From a virus (lineage: Duplodnaviria > Caudoviricetes): DNA of 42,236 nucleotides. Location: positions 1-42,236 of IMG/VR virus record IMGVR_UViG_3300032320_002277. One strand, written 5' to 3'. The notes beneath the pieces were generated by a model, which saw nothing but the letters and a program-made list of their open reading frames with translations, did not search any database and was not told the origin of the DNA. The translations under genes were made by a program, and so were the position numbers. Positions 34,470-42,236 of this stretch are shown here, piece after piece; the first letter of the stretch is position 1; every line of letters begins with the position of its first letter.

Positions 34470-35810
34470 TTAAGAGAATAACTCACTGAGGATATCTACA
34501 ATTTGTGGAGTAGAGATATTTAATGGTTCTATACCATAAGAAATACATGATTGATAATCGGATTCGCCTATGAATGTATAAGTTCCTGGTAATAGATAAC
34601 TCGATGCGGGATAACTAATAGTATCAGCCACACTTATGTAATACTTGGCAATATCCCCGCCGATATTTAAATCTACAAATTGTCCCTGATATTCGCTGAA
34701 TATTGAATTACCTGTTATCATCGATGATAATGTTGGAACGGGGAAGTCGTCAACAGCATTTTCAGGGCATCTTATTAACAGATATGATGCTTGATTTGGA
34801 CAAGAACGGTCAACAGTATATTGTCCATTCACATCAATTAGATCATTACAAGGAACGCAGTTATTAGCTAAACATATATCGATGAGCGGATCAGGCCAAT
34901 ATACCCACGATGTTCCTACACGTTTAAAATACAGTGCATGAACTATGTTGTTATAGACATTCCCGATGTCGAAATATAGTAGGTCTTCTTCACTTATTTC
35001 AGAGACAATTATTTCAAGAGGAGCAAAAATACGATCTATGGTTTTAAATTGATCTATTAAACTATACAATTGTTTTAAATCAATCTGAGAAATTGATGAC
35101 CATTCCGTAGAAGAGAAAGTTCCACGAATACTACTGAATGTGATATAATTCTTTATTTCTCTTAATCCTGCAACATCCGTGATAGCAGCAATTTTATATT
35201 TTGATGTTCGGGAATTTATAGCAGAGATGATAAGATCGATCTGATTTTTAAGAGATAGGTAATTTTGCACCTGATGATTGGCCACACCATATTCTGATAC
35301 TTTCTCATCTCTTTGAACTAGTATTTGATCGATACTGGCGGCAGAACCACTTACAACTCCGGTGGATAATAATTTCTTGAAATATGCCTGTCCTACAAGA
35401 CTCTGACTATTATAATTCTTAGTTATACATTCGACTCTTATTAACTGATCTTCGTAGAAATTTATAGGATTTAATGAGTATAGATTTTGAGCATTAATCC
35501 AAGTGGCAACAGTTTCAACATCCACGGCAACATTGAATGAGGTTGGATAGACTACCATTATAGGTTGGAGCCAATATTTAGATAAGTTTGCAACTATATC
35601 ACTCGATGATTTCCATCTACCACTTATTTCGGAAACCACCGAAAAGGTTTCGTTTAATCGGTCAGATATATTGTTCAAAGTCTCGGATAAACTGCTCCAA
35701 TTAGAAGATGAATATAGTAAATTACATGTTGATATATTCAACTGCTGAAACTGATCGTTGATAGATAATAGTGAATTACCTAGATATTGATATGATGGTA
35801 TGTCACTCAT
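34470..35810 (-). CDS. Probable tail/fibre structural protein, paralogue of 35810..36628
   Basis: ATG at 35810 (MSDIPSYQY) via TAATG coupling; LGNSLLSINDQFQQL..STCNL and WLQPIMVVYP are shared with the neighbour. Confidence 0.6.
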   Translation of the reverse strand: MSDIPSYQYLGNSLLSINDQFQQLNISTCNLLYSSSNWSSLSETLNNISDRLNETFSVVSEISGRWKSSSDIVANLSKYWLQPIMVVYPTSFNVAVDVETVATWINAQNLYSLNPINFYEDQLIRVECITKNYNSQSLVGQAYFKKLLSTGVVSGSAASIDQILVQRDEKVSEYGVANHQVQNYLSLKNQIDLIISAINSRTSKYKIAAITDVAGLREIKNYITFSSIRGTFSSTEWSSISQIDLKQLYSLIDQFKTIDRIFAPLEIIVSEISEEDLLYFDIGNVYNNIVHALYFKRVGTSWVYWPDPLIDICLANNCVPCNDLIDVNGQYTVDRSCPNQASYLLIRCPENAVDDFPVPTLSSMITGNSIFSEYQGQFVDLNIGGDIAKYYISVADTISYPASSYLLPGTYTFIGESDYQSCISYGIEPLNISTPQIVDILSELFS

Positions 35811-36628
35811 TAAACAGTATTGTAAATATTTTCTGCATACGACCAAGTATATGTTTCGGAATCAATTTTAAATTTTAACCCGACGATCTTATTGATGAAT
35901 TTGTCGGGCACGACAACTCCGACCGATCCGATAGAATCAATACTAAAATCAACCCTTATAACCAATGCGGTCGTTCTAGAGATACAACTATACTGCCCCA
36001 TCATCGTGATTCTATAAGAGTTTTCTGCGCTTTTCACGAGGAACTCACCATATTTTTTACTTTCGGTGGCATTAGGTTTACGTAGTTTTATTCCGGCCCC
36101 ACTCGGTATGGAGGCAACAGGGTCATCTAAATCAAATAACTCCGAGTCGGCAGTAACAAATCTGTTTATTTCAGTGTATTCGGGAGTGAATATATACATC
36201 TCTTGACCGACTATGAAATTAAAACAATCATTGGTTCTAACTGGGAACGTCTCGTTTACCCATGCTTCTACTGTGGTTTCTGGGTTCAATACGTCTTCCT
36301 CAAAAGGATATGGATAGATCATACTGATAGGTTTTAACCAGAATGCACTTAAAGATTTAACAGTATCATATGTCGTATTCCAACATGAACTATATGTTTC
36401 GATGGTGGTGAGCATACTTAGCCAATCACCACTCAATGTGTTGAGCGTTAGATATGCAGGGGACCAAAGGTCGGCAGCACTAGCTAAAAGATTACACGAT
36501 GTTATGTCTAAATTTCTAAAATTTAGATTCATTGCCGAAATAGAATCCCCTATGCTTGAATATTCATCTATAGGAATAACTATATCACAATCAGGGTTTA
36601 TTTTACAATTTGAGGAGAGGATGGACAT
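35810..36628 (-). CDS. Probable tail/fibre structural protein
   Basis: IGDSISAMNLNFRNLDITSCNL, WLKPISMIYP; TAAATA at 36643-36638. Confidence 0.6.
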   Translation of the reverse strand: MSILSSNCKINPDCDIVIPIDEYSSIGDSISAMNLNFRNLDITSCNLLASAADLWSPAYLTLNTLSGDWLSMLTTIETYSSCWNTTYDTVKSLSAFWLKPISMIYPYPFEEDVLNPETTVEAWVNETFPVRTNDCFNFIVGQEMYIFTPEYTEINRFVTADSELFDLDDPVASIPSGAGIKLRKPNATESKKYGEFLVKSAENSYRITMMGQYSCISRTTALVIRVDFSIDSIGSVGVVVPDKFINKIVGLKFKIDSETYTWSYAENIYNTV

Positions 36629-36649
36629 CGAGGTAATTATTTAATATTA

Positions 36650-39600
36650 CTATTTACACCTATCAAATAGAAATTGGGGAGGGATGTAAGGTGTCGGGTC
36701 TTCCAAATCTTCCCATGTAAAATCTTTTGCACTGCCTGATTCCATTTCAGACCATGTAGTTGCATTCAGACAAGTGGATGATAAATCGACCCATCTCCAA
36801 TTAACAGGGAAATTATTTTCATAACCTGTCGAGAATTGGATACTGTTCCATGTAATCCCGCTATATGCTGGGTTTGCACTAGAAATTTCTTCCCAAGATA
36901 GAGGAGTTTTATTGAGATTCGGTCTTTGGTTTTTATCAATTTTATGATATATCCATGTCCAGAAGGGAGGTAAAACAGGGTAGTTATCTAAACCGTCGAT
37001 GAAATCTTTCGTATCTTCGATACATTTGTATAGTTTGAATATTTCACGATTGATGGTTTCATAACTAACCAATTCGTTTATTCCAAGATTTGCATCACTA
37101 CATCCACCAGTATATGTTGCGGCTGATAGGGTTGAATATAAGAAAACATCATCATTATCGAAAAACTTCAATACTTGAGAAGTTAATGAATTATTTAGAG
37201 TTGACAATATTCCTCCAAGTCTACTAATACTATCGTTTATGATAAACGAGGAGACTGGTTCATTAGGGTGAATTCTGTAAGAGATATTTGTATTCTCGAA
37301 TGTCTCTAGCGATGTTATCTTTTCGTAATTCAACGGGTCGAACATCTTAACGATAATATTATTGCTCAATACGAAAAGCTCTTTCCTTTGAATGACTACA
37401 TTCCTGATGTTCATCTTGGGGATATCTTGAATAGTGTTGATGAATGACCCATTTTCAGAAAATACATTAATTCTATCAGTGGATGCAATATAGATTTTAT
37501 TTTGTTCGACATCGTATGCTATATTTGTTCCTACTGCACCTTGGAAAACTTCAGTTTCGATCAGATTTTCAAATCTATGAATTTCACCGTTTGTTGTTAA
37601 TACGAAAAGAGTATCATCAAATCCTGCAATAGCTAAAGGGTCAGCGATTTGTATGTTGTTCGTCCAGTTTAAGAATTTATTGTAAACCTTGATGTTATCG
37701 CTGTCATTATCGACAACATATATGGTATCGTTCAATACGATCATATCGGTCGGTTTATTAAGTTTTGTTCGGCTATTTTTGGAACCTATTCCTCCCCAAT
37801 AATGACTCAGTGTGAAACTATAATCATATTCATCTAGAGAACATACATAGATGCTATTCTTTGCTTCATCGAGAACGATAATTCTGTCACCTAAAATCTG
37901 AATTCTTGTAGGGTTGACGATCTGCTCGACATCTGTGATAGTTTCGATAGTGTTCAATAGAGTCATAGATATATCGTCGCGTCTAACCTCTATTTTAGAA
38001 TTATTAACCAACAAGATATATTGTCCAAACTTAACCATATCATCATAACGGGTATTAATATCGTTAGTTTCTAAGTTAGCTAATGTTTCATCAAATCTCC
38101 ATTTCACAATACCTTTATATTTTCCATATGTCCCAATTGCATACTTTGGAAGATAGTTTTGTGCTAAGAAACATTTAGCATTTAGATAATTTATATTATC
38201 TTTCATGCGATTAAAAGATGTATTCAAGGTTTCAGAAAATTGCCATGAATTCGGCGATATTGTTACATCTGCTAAAGAATAAGGTAGTTCAATCGGTATA
38301 GATGCATTGCGATTAACATCTGGATCATATTCTTTCCCTTTTTCTAAAATGAAGAAATCTTCCCATTTGGCTGAGACTGTTTGACCGTTTGATCTATACC
38401 CAGTCATTGATAATGTATATGTCGTTTCCCCGACACTATATGAGGCAGAGAAGGGGCCGAAACCTAACCGAGTCGTAGTCGTCCCATTCCCATTATTGAA
38501 ATCGAATGCTGTGAATGGGTTTAAAGGTGTGTTGAAGGTAGTGTTATATATGATCGCATTTTCTGTCGTTGTTAGGACATTATGGGATGTCCATATACTA
38601 AGATCGGGACCATCAAATGCAGTGAGCGTTAGAATGTTTGATGTTATCGGCTGAACCTCAGAACAGAAATCAAAACCATTGATAGTTTTATTCGCACTTC
38701 CTTCTAAAAACACATTGAATTTATATAGAGAATTCTCTTCTATGGTGAACATATCAAATTCACCATAATTGAAAGAATCACTGAAATTAACATTGTTGTC
38801 GAATAAAGTTATTCCGCGTTTAACAATACCCTCAGTAGATGATAATACTAATTGGAATGTAGATGCCGATAGATCGACGACCGAGAAAGCTGCATTAAAA
38901 TTCACATTTCTATCGGTTACTTGTCTCATATCGACCAAGTTATTATCCAAAGATAATGTTAATGTTGTTGGCGGAAAAGGATGCAATGTGAGAGGGCTGT
39001 TATACAGTGAACCGTCAGATGATGCAGTGTTGTATATTGATGGTGGATTAGTGTTCGGGAAATAGAGATTGAATGCCGAGACAGAAACATCATTAGTTGC
39101 CCCAAGTATAGTAGTGTCGATTGGAACCAATGCCGTATTTGTCGTGGTTATGGTAGTCTGTCCCTCAACAGACCAATGATATTCATCAAATCCGCTTAAT
39201 GCGGAGAAGTATATATTTTCCGTATGACATGCACTGTAAGAAGACATAGCAATATAAGTGCTAGTATAATTATCTAAATTAGAATTTACTGTCGGAAGAT
39301 AATTGATCGACGGGAAGGCTACATATTCGAATGGAATCAATGTGGAAAGGATATAGAAACAAACTGAATCGTAGAAATTATATTTCCCGAATCCTCCTGT
39401 TGAAGGAGAAACGTCTAATGCACTGATATTTACACATACTTCGGCACTACTAATATTCAGCATGACAGACGAACCAGTATACAGGATATTATCAACTGAC
39501 CATTTAACTGAACTGGACACAATGTTCAAGGTGTCGATATCAGCAGTTAGCTTTACCTTTGCAGAGTTCTCATATACAACAGTCGTATAGTATTCACTTG

Positions 39601-41941
39601 AAATAATATTGGGGTTCTGATTGCTGGAAATATCTATAAAAACGTTGCTGTTTTCAGGATATTCTCGGAGATAAAAAGAGCGACTTGCGTCATAACTATA
39701 TGACGAATTGAAAACTGAGCAGTTCACTCTAAAATCAACATTTTTGGGACCGGAAATTGTCGTCGATGATTGGAAATCGCCTTCGATTAGAGAATATAGA
39801 TTCGTCGAAGGATATGTAGAATTTTTAACAATCGGTAGATCGGTCTGTGTATGGAAATCTAAGGATGCATCCGGATCATTCAACGTGGAAGACCATCTTA
39901 TGGTTGCATCGGTTGGGACACGGAACAATGAATTGTTGCGAACAAAAAATGCCGAGATAGACCCTGTGTTTACAGGATCGTAATCGTTTACCGAACCGAG
40001 AACTCTCATTGTCACATCGCTCCAAATATTGTTAGGAGGAGTCCATGTTGTGGATGCGCTTCTCCCATACTGAGGGACAAAGAGAGTGACAGTGGTATCA
40101 TCCACTCCTAAATTTTCTATACGAACAGAAAGAGTTCCACCTGGTATATTTGTGTTAGGCGTAATGATACTCGAATCCTCAAGGTTTCTAATAATAACGC
40201 TTTCAGGTGGAAAAACTGACCACCGGACTATAGTTGATTCGTCATATTCTGGCGACACTGAACCCCTGATGTCAACAGAATTACTAGTTACATTACTTTG
40301 CGTGAGGAATACAACAGATTTATCAGGATTGAGGACGAAAGAAAGTGGTTGTTGATAATAGGATGTTCTTAATCCCTCTACATCATTCCAAGTTATAGTG
40401 GTTGTGAAATTTAAATCATATGTAGCGACAATATCGGCACTTAAACTGTTAATAAATTTAATCGTCGGTGTTGTGGTGAATTCTTTACCCTCTAAAGAAT
40501 AAACATTCACACCTGGGGTTAACCAATATTGATTTACCGCAGATAATTTATCCATATTATTAGTATTAAGACCGATAAATTTAGATTTTACTAGCCAGTT
40601 TGCACTTGGTAAATCCATTGAGGTTTGGTAATAATTATCGACCATTTTCACACCTACTGTGACAGATGAAAGATCGTTGGCGATAATTCCTGCCGATGGA
40701 ATGAAATTAATAGTAAATGCTCTTTGTCCATTATATGAAAAGTCGGCACCATATCCCCAGATAGGTATATTAGCTGCCGATAATGCAGATGTAGAGCTAG
40801 TCTGTGGAATAGCCTTTGCGCTTATTGCGAAATAATTTGTTCCTAAAGTTCGAGATGATAATGATCCAACATCTCCCACATGATATGCCGAGGTTTCATA
40901 CCATACATTTACATCAGTATTCGCAGGAAAGAAGAATGCCGAAATAGGAGATGCAGGAGATGTATCTTTTGGTTCTATAGATAATTGTTGATAATATCTC
41001 AATCCGCTGGAAATTCTTTGAAAATTGATCTGACTTACACAAGGATCGACATTTCCTGTTATGTAAAGGCGTGGTATTTCACCTGTATCACCATTGGAAT
41101 AATATATATCCGGAGAGATTAATGTATCTACATGGCTGATATTTGTCACTGGATATGATAGAGCATTTACGGTTCGATCCCAGTAACAATTATATTCAGT
41201 GATATATTCATCTGTATCCGCGATTGCACTAAATGATGTTCCCGCAACATCTATCTTTGTTAAAAAAGATGCAGGTTTTATTTTCTCTGAATATCTCGAC
41301 CAAGTAGTTGTTGCAGCAAATCCTGTTTTCGGAAATCTATTTTCAGTTAATCGAATAAATAATGGAGCAGTATTATTAAAAAAAGGTTTAGTATAGCTAA
41401 AGACGGTTTTGCCAAAAACCGCTGCTGATTTATAGACACCATCCATAGTCACTGTAGAAGGTAATGGTAAAAGAGGAGTAGAAACATTTAATTTTCTAAA
41501 TTCTTCTGTTTTTACATTAGAGGGAAATGCCGTTAAAGGGAGAAGTCCCGCAGAAATGTAAAGAACTTTACTATTCGAATCATAAGTTATTATAGGATAT
41601 GGGCGGCTAGGATAGACGTTGATATGGTTTGTGCCACCTTGAAAATCGAGATGTAAATGATCAGTAAATCCGGAAACTGTATATACTAGAGGAAAAACAT
41701 CTGGCATATTAACACGTTCAAAAGGAGGTGCTAGAGCTGTCAAAGTATTATTATCATCTAGTTCATTTGCGGGAAGAAGAGGAAGATTATCCCATTTAAA
41801 TTTTTCATCTCCATAATTATAGTAAGAATCTACGAAACTTATACCGAGACGCCCGTTGTTGAAAGGGGTAGTATCGGCGACAGTTATTAAAATAGCCTCA
41901 TTGGGGAATGCTGATAGGGCTGAAATCTCACTTAAAACCAT
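36650..41941 (-). CDS. Large virion structural protein (1763 aa) with S/T-rich beta domains and an NHL-like propeller
   Basis: S/T/N-rich composition; LNKPTDM...IYVVDNDSDNIKVY NHL-type repeat; C-terminal Trp repeats; TAAATA at 41957-41952. Confidence 0.75.
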   Translation of the reverse strand: MVLSEISALSAFPNEAILITVADTTPFNNGRLGISFVDSYYNYGDEKFKWDNLPLLPANELDDNNTLTALAPPFERVNMPDVFPLVYTVSGFTDHLHLDFQGGTNHINVYPSRPYPIITYDSNSKVLYISAGLLPLTAFPSNVKTEEFRKLNVSTPLLPLPSTVTMDGVYKSAAVFGKTVFSYTKPFFNNTAPLFIRLTENRFPKTGFAATTTWSRYSEKIKPASFLTKIDVAGTSFSAIADTDEYITEYNCYWDRTVNALSYPVTNISHVDTLISPDIYYSNGDTGEIPRLYITGNVDPCVSQINFQRISSGLRYYQQLSIEPKDTSPASPISAFFFPANTDVNVWYETSAYHVGDVGSLSSRTLGTNYFAISAKAIPQTSSTSALSAANIPIWGYGADFSYNGQRAFTINFIPSAGIIANDLSSVTVGVKMVDNYYQTSMDLPSANWLVKSKFIGLNTNNMDKLSAVNQYWLTPGVNVYSLEGKEFTTTPTIKFINSLSADIVATYDLNFTTTITWNDVEGLRTSYYQQPLSFVLNPDKSVVFLTQSNVTSNSVDIRGSVSPEYDESTIVRWSVFPPESVIIRNLEDSSIITPNTNIPGGTLSVRIENLGVDDTTVTLFVPQYGRSASTTWTPPNNIWSDVTMRVLGSVNDYDPVNTGSISAFFVRNNSLFRVPTDATIRWSSTLNDPDASLDFHTQTDLPIVKNSTYPSTNLYSLIEGDFQSSTTISGPKNVDFRVNCSVFNSSYSYDASRSFYLREYPENSNVFIDISSNQNPNIISSEYYTTVVYENSAKVKLTADIDTLNIVSSSVKWSVDNILYTGSSVMLNISSAEVCVNISALDVSPSTGGFGKYNFYDSVCFYILSTLIPFEYVAFPSINYLPTVNSNLDNYTSTYIAMSSYSACHTENIYFSALSGFDEYHWSVEGQTTITTTNTALVPIDTTILGATNDVSVSAFNLYFPNTNPPSIYNTASSDGSLYNSPLTLHPFPPTTLTLSLDNNLVDMRQVTDRNVNFNAAFSVVDLSASTFQLVLSSTEGIVKRGITLFDNNVNFSDSFNYGEFDMFTIEENSLYKFNVFLEGSANKTINGFDFCSEVQPITSNILTLTAFDGPDLSIWTSHNVLTTTENAIIYNTTFNTPLNPFTAFDFNNGNGTTTTRLGFGPFSASYSVGETTYTLSMTGYRSNGQTVSAKWEDFFILEKGKEYDPDVNRNASIPIELPYSLADVTISPNSWQFSETLNTSFNRMKDNINYLNAKCFLAQNYLPKYAIGTYGKYKGIVKWRFDETLANLETNDINTRYDDMVKFGQYILLVNNSKIEVRRDDISMTLLNTIETITDVEQIVNPTRIQILGDRIIVLDEAKNSIYVCSLDEYDYSFTLSHYWGGIGSKNSRTKLNKPTDMIVLNDTIYVVDNDSDNIKVYNKFLNWTNNIQIADPLAIAGFDDTLFVLTTNGEIHRFENLIETEVFQGAVGTNIAYDVEQNKIYIASTDRINVFSENGSFINTIQDIPKMNIRNVVIQRKELFVLSNNIIVKMFDPLNYEKITSLETFENTNISYRIHPNEPVSSFIINDSISRLGGILSTLNNSLTSQVLKFFDNDDVFLYSTLSAATYTGGCSDANLGINELVSYETINREIFKLYKCIEDTKDFIDGLDNYPVLPPFWTWIYHKIDKNQRPNLNKTPLSWEEISSANPAYSGITWNSIQFSTGYENNFPVNWRWVDLSSTCLNATTWSEMESGSAKDFTWEDLEDPTPYIPPQFLFDRCK

Positions 41942-42003
41942 GTGTAGTAATTATTTATGGTAGAATATCTTGATTTGTCCATCAAAACATGGTATTATGC
42001 CAC

Positions 42004-42236
42004 ATGGTAAAAAATCACAACATATATATTAGTGGGCCTATGACGGGAATCAAGGATTACAATTATCCTGAATTCTTTAAAATGGAAGAGTATCTAGTCG
42101 ATTCTCAACGCTTTAAAAAAGAAGAGATTCGCAATCCTGCACGTATTGACGATGGAGAATCTATAAAATTCACAAAGACGAGATCACATTATATTAGAAA
42201 ATCAATCGAAATGCTTTTGGACTGCGAATATTATAC
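42004..42236 (+). CDS. DUF4406/nucleoside deoxyribosyltransferase-like protein, partial
   Basis: Manual translation MVKNHNIYISGPMTGIKDYNYPEF...NPA...MLLDC; promoter TTGATT (41970)-17 bp-TATTAT ends 5 nt before the ATG. Confidence 0.8.
   Translation, partial: MVKNHNIYISGPMTGIKDYNYPEFFKMEEYLVDSQRFKKEEIRNPARIDDGESIKFTKTRSHYIRKSIEMLLDCEYY

Overview
A gene-dense, AT-rich 42 kb segment of a large T4-like (myovirus-type) bacteriophage read in the standard genetic code. It encodes a Dda-like helicase, RNase HI, ATP-dependent DNA ligase, PhoH, a gp4-like head-completion nuclease, thioredoxin, an Acb1/gp57B-like 2H phosphoesterase, a T4-BGT-like DNA glycosyltransferase, a GT/methyltransferase island and large probable tail proteins. 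The clearest unusual element is the DNA ligase, fractured inside its catalytic motif I into two genes that carry the halves of a naturally split intein. The 69-bp gap between them holds what reads as the out-of-frame C-terminal scar of a deleted Vsr/EDxHD-type homing endonuclease. Other candidates: (i) an operon with its own promoter pairing a vWA protein with a divergent adenylosuccinate-synthetase homologue that is neither canonical PurA nor PurZ; (ii) a promoter-driven, ~260-nt structured minus-strand RNA ending in an AT-rich palindrome where gene orientation switches (ncRNA or R-loop origin); (iii) late genes sharing a capsid-targeting-like N-terminal peptide, including a nuclease and the Acb1-like enzyme; (iv) two miniature major-capsid-like paralogues; (v) a near-leaderless, SD-poor layout with sigma70-type and TAAATA late promoters. 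All family calls come from motif recognition by eye, not database searches.
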